A DNA stretch of 64,000 nucleotides from Sphingobacteriia bacterium. Its GTDB lineage: Bacteria > Bacteroidota > Bacteroidia > UBA7662. The stretch covers positions 760 to 64,759 of the forward strand of contig RFMW01000225.1 in NCBI GenBank assembly GCA_009927485.1, given 5' to 3'. Numbering within the stretch: the first letter of the stretch is position 1; the number at the start of each line of letters is the position of its first letter. Shown here one piece after another: positions 36,189 through 46,039 of this stretch. The position numbers were made by a program, and so were the translations under genes. The notes under the pieces are model-generated. The model was not told the DNA's origin and ran no database searches. It worked only from the letters and a program-made list of their open reading frames with translations.

Positions 36189-39100
36189 ACCGGCATGGTC
36201 CAATAAAAGGCTGTTCCTCGCTCATCGGAATAGGCTAGCCCAAGACTACCCCCGTGTTGCTCCGCGATTTTGCGGGACATGGCCAGCCCCAATCCCAGGC
36301 CTTCGCTGCGGGTTGTGAAATTGAGTTCGAACAAACGTCCTTGCATTTCCTCCGAAATACCGTGACCCTGGTCCAGCATTTCCAAGACCAATTCATCTCG
36401 AACCAAATCCAACCGAAGACGGACCTCCGCTTGGTCTTTGCCCGGTAATTTGGCTTGAATGGCATTTTGAAATAAATTTTGGAGGACGCGCTGCAATCGG
36501 TTCGAATTCCCCAAGACGTACATCGTTGCAGCCTGAGGGGAACAATGCCAATCAAAGGCCACCTGCTCTCTAAACCAGCCCGCAACCTCCTGAACGAAAT
36601 CACTCCAAAGGATGGGGGACTTTTCTGCCTCCGATTCCCTGGAGAAATCCCTGTAGGTGTCGGCAATTTCGGTCAACAAATCAATCTGCTGCAAAACCGA
36701 TTGGGCATCCCTTTCGAACTTTAAATCGAAGGTAGTAGGGTTCCCTTTGAAATCCCGTAACAACTTCTGTAAGCGAAGTTTCATCGGGGTCAAAGGATTC
36801 TTGATGTCATGAGCAATTTGCCTTGCCATTTCCTTCCAGGCCGAATTACGCTCCGCCTCCGCCAGGCGTTTTTCGTTCTCGGTAAGGGATTGCACCATTT
36901 GATTGTAGGACTTGAGCAAGAGACCAAACTCTCCCCCGCTCATCTGCTCGTCCAAGGTAATCTTCCGGCCGGATTTGGCCTGCAACATGGCCTTGGTCAA
37001 GGCTTGAATCGGAGAGGCCACTCCCTTGGCCAGCCTGTACGCCAACAGGATCGACAGCAACAAAACCAAGGTAAAGACTGAGATCACCCCTGCCAAGTAC
37101 TCATTCAACTCCGGTGCCCCACGGGGTGCCTTGTTGACGAAGGGTAGATTGACAAATCCAATCAAGTGACCATCCGCATTGCGCAACGCATGGTAGGCCG
37201 ACAGGTAATCCACCTGACCAATTTTCTCTTCGATCAATTGAAATTGAAATTGCCCTTGCCCAAACGATTTCCACAAAGCATAAGGCATATAATCCGATAC
37301 CAACCCCCTTTCGAACCACAATCCCCTGGACGCTGAACGAAAGCGACCGTCCATATCGTAAAGAAAAAAGTCAATATCGGTCAAGGCCGCGCGATCCCTC
37401 ATGGCACGGACCACATTATCGGTGAGCGCCCCTTCGGCCGTTACCAAAGCCTGGGACATTTGATGAAATTGCCGTAATTGTGCGGTCAGCGAGGCCTGGG
37501 ATTCGTTGCGATACTGCCGCGTGATGAAGTAGATGGTGAAACCCACCAAAGCGCTGATCACCAGGATCACCAAGAAAGTGGTCGCCCATTGCACCTTGGT
37601 TTGAAATCGAAGGGCGGCCCACTGCAAGGAAGCTCTCAGGTTCCTTGTGGAATTCCCATTCGAAAGCCTCAAAAACCACCACATGAACATGGTTATCAAT
37701 GCGCCCAAGGATAGGGGCAACAGAATGGAGGGCATGTCAAGAACCTGCACGGCTACCTGATTTTGCTCTTTACGAAAAATCAAGGCCGGCCTTCCCTCTT
37801 CGCTGATCACCCAAGACCAGGGTTGACGTTGGCCTGTGGTGGACCATCCTTGGGGCAATCGATAGGGATAAGGAAACGGACCGCTCTGAAAAATCAAAGC
37901 CCCCTTTTCGTACATAGCAAGTCCTGAACGCCCCGCCAAGCTGGACCATGCCGTGCCCGTTCCCAAGATGCTGGGAATTGGCGAAAAGCTGGGGAAAAAC
38001 TTTTGGGCCAAAATCACAACCAAGGTATCCGGCAGCCCTTTGTTAAGCCCCAGCCCAATCCGAAGCCTGTAAGCGTTGCGTCCCTTGCTCTGAAATTCTT
38101 GAACCGAACCCTTCCATGCCGTTCGAAGGTCCGTAATGACCGCCTCCCTGCTTCCCATGGAATCCAAGGTATTCAGGCAAAGCTGCGAACTTAACAAATC
38201 AAAAAATGGACTTAAATTGGAATAATGTTTGTCCAAAATGCTCCTACGCCGATCCTCCAACGATAAAGAGGAACTGTCCAACCAAGCCGCGTCGCCTCGC
38301 AGGGAATCGATGAAGGGATGAAAATACGTGTAGGCTTCCAAGGGTCTTGGCTCCACCAAAGTTGCCAACTGCCCTTGTGCTGAACTTACCTGAATTCTCC
38401 AATGCTGGGCATAGATCAGCAACGAACCCAACAAGCCCATCAAACCCAAAACCATGTTCAATCCCGAGGGCCGATGCGCATACCGCTTCCAACACCAACC
38501 CAAGAACATCCATGCCGCGTATCCCAAACCCAAAATCCAACCCCATAACGTCCAACCCGCCCATGTTCCCCATAACACGATTCCAATAATACCGAGTATG
38601 GTAATCCCTACCAGGACTAACGGTTTTTGGTCCTCCGATTCGCTCCCCACAAACCTTTTCATCCAATTGGCTGCCAGAACCATGATGACCAACAAGGCCA
38701 AAACCCAGGCGCCGTCATCCCAAGACCAAGTCAATGGATTGGCCCAACCCAATTTGCCCCTACCCGAATCCAAGAGCAAAGCCCAGGCCAAATACAATCC
38801 GCTCCATGCCGTCCATATCCCCCAAGTTCCAATCCGTGAACTGAAAACCCGCAGGCCCAAAGCAATCCACAACCCGTTGTACAGGATGCCTCCCTGGCTC
38901 CACAACCTCCAACCCATTCCGTAAACCGGTTCAAAAAACCTTGATCCCCCAAAATCAGAGACCCATAACCAGTAATTGCCCACCATCAACCCCGAGACCC
39001 ACAAGGCCCCTGCAAGCCATCGCTTGGACCCGGATGCATCCACCAACAAAGTCCATAACAACAACCATAACACCATCAACCCATGAAAAATACGTTGTTC

Positions 39101-39727
39101 CAAGCGTTGAGTAACCTGTTGTCGACCCGTGGCTTGTATCCTGAACCAGACCTTGCCCTGGGAGCGAACCGCCTGCCCTTCCGAGCCCTCTTGGGGTGAA
39201 ATAGCGCGTAGTTGATCCCCACCATCGAAGGGAACCAACATCCCAAAGGGCATGGTCCCGGTGGTCAATCCGTAGGCATATTCCAAACGAACAAAGGCCA
39301 CACGACGACCAGCGGGCGAATCCTTTACAAAAGCTAATCCACTTCCGCTGAGCACCTTGACCCAACCATCTTCCTTCAAATTCTGAAGCACCTTGTCATC
39401 GCGCGATGTGAGGTCATTCCCTTTCCACTGGATTCGACAACCGCTACGATCCCATGCCACTTCATCCCAGTCGCTCTGAAGGGACTCCTTATCTGCAGGC
39501 TCAACCAGCTCTTGTTTTTGTTTCCAGGCGTTTGCTTCTTCCAAAATCATGGGGAGTTGCTGTTCCCAATGCCCCACCGCTTCCGAGACCAACTTGGAAG
39601 ATGACCATTGCCGATTGGTGGAGGACAGCAGGGTGGCTAATCCCATGAAGATCCATAACAACCAATAAACCAAAGGCTTGGATCCTAGCTTCTTTCCGAA
39701 TTCGACGAAGGTGGTTGGACCGGCCAT
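36155..39727 (-). CDS. Orphan sensor histidine kinase with a large multi-TM N-terminal domain and an NtrY-like H-box
   Basis: 1190 aa; the Trp-rich N-terminal half has about 12 predicted TM segments and there is a HAMP-like linker. H-box ..ARQIAHDIKNPLTPMKLRLQ.. (phospho-acceptor His) and HATPase_c region ..GLGLGLAMSRKIAEQHGGSL... No response-regulator gene is adjacent. Confidence 0.85.
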   Translation of the reverse strand: MAGPTTFVEFGKKLGSKPLVYWLLWIFMGLATLLSSTNRQWSSSKLVSEAVGHWEQQLPMILEEANAWKQKQELVEPADKESLQSDWDEVAWDRSGCRIQWKGNDLTSRDDKVLQNLKEDGWVKVLSGSGLAFVKDSPAGRRVAFVRLEYAYGLTTGTMPFGMLVPFDGGDQLRAISPQEGSEGQAVRSQGKVWFRIQATGRQQVTQRLEQRIFHGLMVLWLLLWTLLVDASGSKRWLAGALWVSGLMVGNYWLWVSDFGGSRFFEPVYGMGWRLWSQGGILYNGLWIALGLRVFSSRIGTWGIWTAWSGLYLAWALLLDSGRGKLGWANPLTWSWDDGAWVLALLVIMVLAANWMKRFVGSESEDQKPLVLVGITILGIIGIVLWGTWAGWTLWGWILGLGYAAWMFLGWCWKRYAHRPSGLNMVLGLMGLLGSLLIYAQHWRIQVSSAQGQLATLVEPRPLEAYTYFHPFIDSLRGDAAWLDSSSLSLEDRRRSILDKHYSNLSPFFDLLSSQLCLNTLDSMGSREAVITDLRTAWKGSVQEFQSKGRNAYRLRIGLGLNKGLPDTLVVILAQKFFPSFSPIPSILGTGTAWSSLAGRSGLAMYEKGALIFQSGPFPYPYRLPQGWSTTGQRQPWSWVISEEGRPALIFRKEQNQVAVQVLDMPSILLPLSLGALITMFMWWFLRLSNGNSTRNLRASLQWAALRFQTKVQWATTFLVILVISALVGFTIYFITRQYRNESQASLTAQLRQFHQMSQALVTAEGALTDNVVRAMRDRAALTDIDFFLYDMDGRFRSASRGLWFERGLVSDYMPYALWKSFGQGQFQFQLIEEKIGQVDYLSAYHALRNADGHLIGFVNLPFVNKAPRGAPELNEYLAGVISVFTLVLLLSILLAYRLAKGVASPIQALTKAMLQAKSGRKITLDEQMSGGEFGLLLKSYNQMVQSLTENEKRLAEAERNSAWKEMARQIAHDIKNPLTPMKLRLQKLLRDFKGNPTTFDLKFERDAQSVLQQIDLLTEIADTYRDFSRESEAEKSPILWSDFVQEVAGWFREQVAFDWHCSPQAATMYVLGNSNRLQRVLQNLFQNAIQAKLPGKDQAEVRLRLDLVRDELVLEMLDQGHGISEEMQGRLFELNFTTRSEGLGLGLAMSRKIAEQHGGSLGLAYSDERGTAFYWTMPVYTLNSERRVS

Positions 39728-39730
39728 GGC

Positions 39731-40702
39731 CTAAAGAAGGGATGACCGATTCAATTTGGAAAGTTCTTTCCGGTAATAATCCCAAACCCCATCCCCAAGA
39801 CTTGTGAATGAAACCGGACAATGCAATCGCTGCAGCCATGCCATGTCGGCACAGGTATAGTACTGGTATTGTGCACGCAAGTGCTCCGGGGTCTCCACAA
39901 AGTCAATGCTAGGGTCCAGCGACATGGCTTGAAACAGCGCCAATACCAAGTCTTTGAAGGTCGAGGCCTTCCCGGTACCCAGATTGAACAAACCGCTGTG
40001 TTGACGATTTTTCATAAACCACAAACAAATTTCCGTAACATCGTCCACGTAGACAAAATCTCTTCGCTGCTCACCGTCTTTGTAATCAGGATGATGGGAC
40101 TTAAACAAGCGGACCGTCCCATCCTGCATCACCTGCTTGGAGGCATGCCAAACCACGGAGGCCATGGGGCCTTTGTGGCTTTCGCCGGGACCATAAACAT
40201 TGAAAAACTTAAGCCCCACCCATTGCAGGGGCTTGCTTTCGCTACTGGCCATCCAGCAATCAAAGCGATGTTTGGAGTCCCCGTAGGGATTAAGCGGTTG
40301 CAATTGACTCAAAATGGAAAGCCCGTCTTCGAAACCATGTTCCCCCAATCCATAGGTTGCCGCTGAGGAGGCATAAAGCAAAGGCAAACCCCAACGCGTG
40401 CACGATTGCCACAATTCTTGGGAATATCTCAAATTGAGGCGGTCAAAAATGGCCACGTCATGAAGCATGGTGTCGGTCCTTGCGCCCAAATGAAAAACAT
40501 ACTGAACCCAGGCATGGTGTTCATCCAACCAAGGCATGAGATGATCGCGATGAACCAAGCTCGAATAGATCAGGCCTTGAAGCCTGGCTTCTTTGCCGCC
40601 CCCAAAATCATCAACCAGGACCAAATCCTTAAAGCCCTCCCTGTTCAGGCGGGCAACCAAATTGGATCCAATGAATCCACCAGCACCGGTTACAATTATC
40701 AT
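39731..40702 (-). CDS. hldD: ADP-L-glycero-D-manno-heptose 6-epimerase
   Basis: 323 aa; MIIVTGAGGFIGSNLV.. Rossmann motif, YxxxK SDR catalytic pair (..YGDSKHRFD..), HldD-specific C-terminal region. Only 3 nt separate it from the kinase gene downstream. Confidence 0.85.
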   Translation of the reverse strand: MIIVTGAGGFIGSNLVARLNREGFKDLVLVDDFGGGKEARLQGLIYSSLVHRDHLMPWLDEHHAWVQYVFHLGARTDTMLHDVAIFDRLNLRYSQELWQSCTRWGLPLLYASSAATYGLGEHGFEDGLSILSQLQPLNPYGDSKHRFDCWMASSESKPLQWVGLKFFNVYGPGESHKGPMASVVWHASKQVMQDGTVRLFKSHHPDYKDGEQRRDFVYVDDVTEICLWFMKNRQHSGLFNLGTGKASTFKDLVLALFQAMSLDPSIDFVETPEHLRAQYQYYTCADMAWLQRLHCPVSFTSLGDGVWDYYRKELSKLNRSSLL

Positions 40703-40738
40703 TGCCCAAAATTAAGCCTTTGTATCTTTGCACCGCTT

Positions 40739-41176
40739 ATGATTTTGGTAACCCGTAAGGCGCATTTCAATGCCGCCCACAAACTTTGGAACCCCAACTG
40801 GGATGAAGCCCGCAACGAAGAGGTCTTCGGTAAATGTGCCCACAAGAATTGGCACGGCCATAATTTTGAACTTTGGGTCACCATTGCCGGCGAAGTCGAT
40901 CCGGATACAGGCTTTGTTTTGGACTTGAAAGTCCTCAAAAGGCTCATTCAGGACAAGGTGATTGAACCCCTTGATCATTCCAATATCAACCTGGACGTAC
41001 CCTTTATGCAAGGTCGATTGGCCTCGACCGAGAATTTAGCCATCGCCATCTGGGATCAACTTTACGAGGACCTTCTGAATCCTCGCTACAGGCTCCATTG
41101 CATACGCCTTGCCGAAACCCATCAAAATTCCGTGACGTATTACGGCCCACAGGCCATGACCCTCCTCCAACCATGA
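40739..41176 (+). CDS. queD: 6-carboxy-5,6,7,8-tetrahydropterin synthase
   Basis: The homologous start MILVTRKAHFNAAHKLWNP.. is at 40739; the track start at 40406 is an upstream extension overlapping hldD. ..CAHKNWHGHNFELWVTIAGEVDPDTGFVLDLKVLK.. fits the QueD/PTPS Zn-binding fold. Confidence 0.85.
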   Translation: MILVTRKAHFNAAHKLWNPNWDEARNEEVFGKCAHKNWHGHNFELWVTIAGEVDPDTGFVLDLKVLKRLIQDKVIEPLDHSNINLDVPFMQGRLASTENLAIAIWDQLYEDLLNPRYRLHCIRLAETHQNSVTYYGPQAMTLLQP

Positions 41177-42060
41177 GAGCATATTTATTTCCGGGACAAG
41201 GTTCCCAGTACCCCGGAATGGGGAAGGACATCCTCGCTTTGGGCGAGAAAGCAGCCCTAAGGATGCAGCAGGCCGTCTCCATCCTGGGTTTTCCCCTGGA
41301 TGAGTTGCTGTGCAACGGTTCTGAAGAGGACCTTCGGCAGACCAAGGTGACGCAACCTGCCATTTTCCTGCATTCCGTGATCCTTGCCGAGGTTATGGGG
41401 GATCGCTTTGAACCGGGGATGGTTGCAGGGCATTCCTTGGGTGAGTTTTCGGCCTTGACCGCAGCCGGAGCCCTTGGCTTCGAAGACGGCCTACGCCTGG
41501 TTTCTTTGAGGGCAAGCGCCATGCAGAAGGCCTGCGAAGAACAGGTCTCGACCATGGCCGCGGTGCTCGGCCTAGACGACGACAAGGTGGTGGCCCTATG
41601 CGATGAGGTGAGCCAGACTGGTCAAATCGTGGTCGCTGCCAATTTTAATTGCCCAGGGCAGGTGGTGATCTCCGGAGTACCCGCCGCAGTGGAATTGGCT
41701 GGAATCAAGGCCCTCGAAGCAGGTGCCCTCAAAGTGGTTCCCCTTGCGGTAGGGGGCGCCTTCCACTCCCCCTTGATGCAAAGCGCTGCAAGCGCCCTCC
41801 AAGGCGCCCTTGATGCCACGGAAATCCTTGCCCCACGCTGCCCGATTTACCAAAATGTTGCACCGACAGAAGGCCGGCTGGATCCAGCCCTCATCCGTGA
41901 TGGATTATCCAAACAACTCACAGGCCCTGTCCTGTGGACCCAGAGCATACGAGCTATGCTTCAAGGAGGCGCCACGGAATTTACCGAAGTAGGTCCTGGC
42001 AAGGTCTTGCAGGGTTTGTTACGAAAGATCGATCGACAAGCGGTTTTCGTGCAAGCCTAG
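41173..42060 (+). CDS. fabD: ACP S-malonyltransferase
   Basis: Start MRAYLFPGQGSQ (ATGA overlap with the queD stop); active-site GHSLGE; 295 aa. Confidence 0.9.
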   Translation: MRAYLFPGQGSQYPGMGKDILALGEKAALRMQQAVSILGFPLDELLCNGSEEDLRQTKVTQPAIFLHSVILAEVMGDRFEPGMVAGHSLGEFSALTAAGALGFEDGLRLVSLRASAMQKACEEQVSTMAAVLGLDDDKVVALCDEVSQTGQIVVAANFNCPGQVVISGVPAAVELAGIKALEAGALKVVPLAVGGAFHSPLMQSAASALQGALDATEILAPRCPIYQNVAPTEGRLDPALIRDGLSKQLTGPVLWTQSIRAMLQGGATEFTEVGPGKVLQGLLRKIDRQAVFVQA

Positions 42061-42941
42061 CCCTGCTTCCGGATTCGTAACATTCTGTTTTTCCCCTGCA
42101 TATCTTGGCGCATGGTCCATTCCAAATTCGGGGGAGTTCCCCACCTTTGGGGATTGGCGATATCCAAGGCGTAACGCGGGTTGAGTTCCAACCATAAACA
42201 CTCCGAGCAGGGGGATTCCAGGAAGGCCCCAATCAAGGTGCGGTAGACATCCATTGGATGCGAACCCGGTGCAAACAAGGCTTTGGACGGCTCATAATCC
42301 ATCACGTGCTTGTCCAAGTCCTGGGCCTCCTCCGCGCCGATATAAGGCGGATTGCTGACCCAATATCGGGCGCAGGGTGCCTTCCAATCGCTGGACATGA
42401 AATCCGATTGTTCAAGTTCAACCCTTGAGGCCACTCCCCATGCTTGGGCATTCTCTTGGGCAAATTGCAAGGCTTCTGCCTCGCAATCCAAAGCGATGAC
42501 TTTGCCCATGGAGTCACCTATGCCCATGGAATTACCTTTGGCCAAGGCCAGGGCAATGCAACCGCTACCGGTCCCCAAATCCAAAAAGGTGGCAACTCCC
42601 GAAACCAATTCACGATCCGACAAAGGCTTCAGCAGAGGATCCCCAAGCACCCATTCCACCAGCTCCTCCGTTTCGGGTCGAGGGATTAACACCCCGGAGC
42701 CAACCGACAAGGCCTTGCCCATAAAATAAGCTTTGCCTAACACATATTGAATAGGCTCACCCTGTACAAGCCTGGCCCAGGATGGATGCATCCCACCGGG
42801 CACATCGGTGGCCAGTTCCTCCGATACGCTACCCAGATCCAGCCATAGCCTACGCATGGCTTTGATTTCTCCCTCAGGATACAGGCCATGAAGGAGCTCC
42901 AACCACTCCTTCTCGGAACAAGCGCCGGGAGCTCTATGCAT
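42057..42941 (-). CDS. prmC: Release factor glutamine N5-methyltransferase
   Basis: 294 aa; SAM-binding ..LDLGTGSGCIALALA.. and catalytic NPPY. Its stop shares the CTAG palindrome with the fabD stop (convergent 4-nt overlap). Confidence 0.85.
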   Translation of the reverse strand: MHRAPGACSEKEWLELLHGLYPEGEIKAMRRLWLDLGSVSEELATDVPGGMHPSWARLVQGEPIQYVLGKAYFMGKALSVGSGVLIPRPETEELVEWVLGDPLLKPLSDRELVSGVATFLDLGTGSGCIALALAKGNSMGIGDSMGKVIALDCEAEALQFAQENAQAWGVASRVELEQSDFMSSDWKAPCARYWVSNPPYIGAEEAQDLDKHVMDYEPSKALFAPGSHPMDVYRTLIGAFLESPCSECLWLELNPRYALDIANPQRWGTPPNLEWTMRQDMQGKNRMLRIRKQG

Positions 42942-43025
42942 AGTCGACGTAGGTGAATCGCATCAATTGCGCGCAAGTTATGAAATTCAAGACAGAGGGC
43001 TTCACCTAAACCCTATTTTTGGGTT

Positions 43026-44120
43026 ATGGGTTTCCAAGAACCATCCCCCCCACTGCCGCAGGACTTTCCGTGGATGCGTCGTTGTTTGGAGATTGCCCGT
43101 GCCCCAGGTTCTTCGGTCAACCCCAACCCCTTGGTGGGCGCATTAATCGTTCAAAACCAGAAAATTGTAGGCCAGGGCGCTCATTTACGGTGGGGGTCTG
43201 CGCACGCCGAAATCCATGCCCTGCAACAATGGCTAATCCATGGAGGGTCCATGAACCCTGCCTCAGCCAAGGAGGATTTGCCCACCCTCTACGTCAGTCT
43301 TGAACCTTGCAATCATCATGGTAGAACTCCACCCTGCACGGAGGCCATTATCGATGCCGGCATTCCAACGGTGGTTTTCGGGTGCACCGATCCCCATCCA
43401 TTGGTTAGCGGGGCAGGCATAGCCAGGCTGCAGAAAGCAGGAATCAAGGTCCGCGGTCCCGTTCTCGAAAACGAATGCCGGTGGATGAACCGTCGATTTG
43501 AGACCGCCTGCCGCAGCAACAGACCCTATGTTATCCTCAAATGGGCTATGAGTGCGGATGGTTTCTTGGACAAGGGTGAAACTGGACCGGGACCGCGCAT
43601 CAGTGGCCCTATGGCCTCCCTCATCACCCACCAATTGCGCAGGGAACAAGCCGCCATCCTGGTGGGTGCCCGTACTTTGCTTCAAGATGATCCGGATTTA
43701 AGAGCTTGGCGACTGGGTGACCCTCATCCCAGGGTGGTTATTGCATCGGACGGGCGATCCCTGGGTGGCACCCACCGAGTCTTTGCGAGAAATCCCGGGC
43801 CCCTTGTTTTGTTTTGGCCCATGACTTGTCCCGCAGAGGATCTGGTCCAGGCCTGGTGCAGTACCCTCATGGATCAGCGTCTGCATTCCATCTTGGTGGA
43901 AGGGGGTCGAAATACCCTGGATATTTTCCTAAGCACCGGGGTTTGGGACGAAATCCATGTGTTCCAAAACCCTGCATTGACCCTGCACCAGGGTACACCG
44001 GCACCCCATGTCCCTGGATCCCCGGTCAAGGAGGAAAAAGTGGGGCAGGATTCTTACCGAATCTATCAAAATGACCTCTATCTTCGCAGCCCAAGCCTAT
44101 TTCAAATCCCTTCCCCATGA
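43026..44120 (+). CDS. ribD: Bifunctional riboflavin biosynthesis deaminase/reductase RibD
   Basis: ..FMRRCLEIARAPGSSVNPNPLVGALIV.. gives the CMP/dCMP deaminase zinc motif region (..HAEIHAL.., ..LEPCNHHGRTPPC..), followed by a C-terminal RibD reductase domain. Start could also be 43074. Confidence 0.85.
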   Translation: MGFQEPSPPLPQDFPWMRRCLEIARAPGSSVNPNPLVGALIVQNQKIVGQGAHLRWGSAHAEIHALQQWLIHGGSMNPASAKEDLPTLYVSLEPCNHHGRTPPCTEAIIDAGIPTVVFGCTDPHPLVSGAGIARLQKAGIKVRGPVLENECRWMNRRFETACRSNRPYVILKWAMSADGFLDKGETGPGPRISGPMASLITHQLRREQAAILVGARTLLQDDPDLRAWRLGDPHPRVVIASDGRSLGGTHRVFARNPGPLVLFWPMTCPAEDLVQAWCSTLMDQRLHSILVEGGRNTLDIFLSTGVWDEIHVFQNPALTLHQGTPAPHVPGSPVKEEKVGQDSYRIYQNDLYLRSPSLFQIPSP

Positions 44121-44809
44121 ACCACAAAACCCTAATCGCTGTCCTGCTTTCCACTTCTTTGTGGTCTGCTTCCTGCAACGCCCAAAACAAAATGAAAAAA
44201 GAAGACCTCAAAACCGAACTGGACACCGTTTCCTACAGCCTGGGTGTCAACATTGGCAGCAACATCAAACAACAAGGTGTCAAAAACCTCAATCTCAACG
44301 CCCTCATGAAAGGGATGGAACAAGCTTTGGCCGGGGACAGCACTTGGCTGAACGACCAAGAGGCCATGAGCGCCATCCAGGGATACTTTACCAAAATATC
44401 CGAGGCTAAAGGTGCCGAAAGCAAAAAAGCGGGAGAAGCCTTCCTCGCCGAAAATGGCAAGAAAAAAGGCATCACCACCACCGCTTCCGGTCTTCAATAC
44501 GAAGTCATCAAAATGGGCGATGGCGACAAACCCTTGGCTACTGACGAAGTCACTGTGCATTACCACGGTACCACCACCGATGGTCAGGTTTTTGATTCCT
44601 CCAAAGATCGCGGTGAGCCTGCTACCTTCCCACTCAACGGCGTGATTGCAGGCTGGACAGAAGCCCTTCAATTGATGCCCAAAGGTTCCATCTTCAAACT
44701 CTACCTCCCCAGCAACCTAGCCTATGGCGAACGCGGTGCCGGTGAGAAAATCCCACCTCATGCCGTCTTGATTTTTGAGGTTGAATTACTGGATATCAAG
44801 AAGAAATAA
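44117..44809 (+). CDS. FKBP-type peptidyl-prolyl cis-trans isomerase lipoprotein (FkpA/Mip-like)
   Basis: Signal peptide with Cys (..LWSASCNAQ), N-terminal dimerisation helix region, C-terminal FKBP domain ..LQYEVIKMGDG..VTVHYHGTTTDGQVFDSS..FPLNGVIAGWTEALQLM..GSIFKLYLPSNLAYGERG.. matches the FKBP signature. Confidence 0.85.
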   Translation: MNHKTLIAVLLSTSLWSASCNAQNKMKKEDLKTELDTVSYSLGVNIGSNIKQQGVKNLNLNALMKGMEQALAGDSTWLNDQEAMSAIQGYFTKISEAKGAESKKAGEAFLAENGKKKGITTTASGLQYEVIKMGDGDKPLATDEVTVHYHGTTTDGQVFDSSKDRGEPATFPLNGVIAGWTEALQLMPKGSIFKLYLPSNLAYGERGAGEKIPPHAVLIFEVELLDIKKK

Positions 44810-44822
44810 TGGAGCCCACTCC

Positions 44823-44848
44823 GTAAACCAGCGGCCTTGCATTTGCAG
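44823..44848 (+). terminator. Rho-independent terminator downstream of the FKBP gene
   Basis: GGCCTTGCA-ttt-TGCAGGGCC gives a 9-bp stem with 1 mismatch and a 3-nt loop, followed by GTTTTGG, 14 nt after the TAA stop. Confidence 0.6.
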
Positions 44849-44886
44849 GGCCGTTTTGGTATTGAGGCCAACCCATTTCACCCCCA

Positions 44887-45354
44887 ATGCAAGTTGAATT
44901 GCTGCTTATGGGCAAAATCAAGGAGGATCATATCCTCCAAGGCACCCGTTATTACAGCGATAAGCTTCAACACTTTTGCAAGCTCACCATCCACGAACTA
45001 GGGGTTAAGGAGTCCAGCTCCAACCCCAGTCAAATAATCGCCGCAGAATCCGAAGTTCTCCATGCTCGCCTCAAGGATGGCCATGCCCATATCCTTCTGG
45101 ATCAACGGGGACAAGAGGTGGACAGCCCTGGTTTGGCCCGCAAACTGCAGCATTGGGAATTGCACGGTCCCCCTCGTTTGCAGTTTATGGTGGGAGGTGC
45201 CTACGGGGTCAGCGATGCAATTCGCCTCCAAGCAGATTGGGTATGGTCCATCTCCGATTTGACCTTTCCACATCCCTTGGTTCGCTTAATTTTGTTGGAA
45301 CAATTGTACCGCGCCTTCACCATTCGCCACCGTATCCCCTACCATCATGGATAA
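44887..45354 (+). CDS. rlmH: 23S rRNA (pseudouridine1915-N3)-methyltransferase
   Basis: 155 aa; SPOUT fold pattern ..LLDQRGQEVDSPGLARKL..LQFMVGGAYGVSD..SISDLTFPHPLVRLILLEQLYRA.. typical of RlmH. Confidence 0.85.
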   Translation: MQVELLLMGKIKEDHILQGTRYYSDKLQHFCKLTIHELGVKESSSNPSQIIAAESEVLHARLKDGHAHILLDQRGQEVDSPGLARKLQHWELHGPPRLQFMVGGAYGVSDAIRLQADWVWSISDLTFPHPLVRLILLEQLYRAFTIRHRIPYHHG

Positions 45355-46039
45355 ACCCGGTTCCCTGCACCGCCCCCAACGCCGTGTTCTTCTGCTCGGA
45401 TACAGCGGAATGGTTGGCTCTGCCTTGCTAGAGCAATGCATACGCAGCGATCAGGTTTACGAAATCTTGTGTTTGGGACGCAAAGAACCGGCCTTCACTC
45501 ATTTCAAAATGCGTTGGATCGCCTCCGATCTCCTGCAACCCGGCCAGGATGCCCCCCATTATGTGGCCATCGATCGGGTATTCTGCGCCCTGGGGACCAC
45601 ATTACGGCAAGCCGGTTCGGTGGAAGCTTTCAGGCAGGTGGATTACCAAATGGTGGTGAATGCTGCAGCCTTGGCAAGTCAATGCCAGGTGCCATATTTC
45701 GGCTTGGTTTCTTCCGTCGGAGCCAACCCGCAAAGCCTCCTTCCCTATGCCAAGACCAAGGGGGAATGCGAAGAAGCGTTGCGACGCATGCAATTCCAAC
45801 GCTTGAGCATTTTCAGACCCGGATTGTTGTTGGGTCAGCGGACGGCCTCAAGGCCAGCGGAAGCTTTGGCAAGGTGGACCTATCCGCTGTGGGATTGGGC
45901 ATTACCTCGTTCGGCTGCGTCGGTGCATGCCCAAACAGTTGCCTGCGCCATGCTCCTGGATAGCCTCAAGGAAGATCATGGCGAAGACATCTTCGACAGC
46001 CAACAAATCAAAATCTTGGCCAAACTCCTGCCTCGCTAG
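45347..46039 (+). CDS. NAD(P)H-binding protein (atypical SDR/HTATIP2-like oxidoreductase)
   Basis: 230 aa; ..VLLLGYSGMVGSALL.. Rossmann motif; no confident substrate assignment. Confidence 0.6.
   Translation: MDKPGSLHRPQRRVLLLGYSGMVGSALLEQCIRSDQVYEILCLGRKEPAFTHFKMRWIASDLLQPGQDAPHYVAIDRVFCALGTTLRQAGSVEAFRQVDYQMVVNAAALASQCQVPYFGLVSSVGANPQSLLPYAKTKGECEEALRRMQFQRLSIFRPGLLLGQRTASRPAEALARWTYPLWDWALPRSAASVHAQTVACAMLLDSLKEDHGEDIFDSQQIKILAKLLPR

Noticed and set aside
41004-41585. 193-aa minus-strand ORF antisense to fabD
   Set aside because: Antisense to a strongly supported gene, with low-complexity composition.
42941-43074. FMN riboswitch (RFN element) upstream of ribD
   Set aside because: None of the conserved RFN blocks (AGGATGG..GGTGAAATTCC..CCGACGGT..) is present. 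A TATTTTTG box at 43012 resembles the Bacteroidota -7 promoter element, but there is no upstream TTG partner at the right spacing, and it would conflict with the ATG at 43026.
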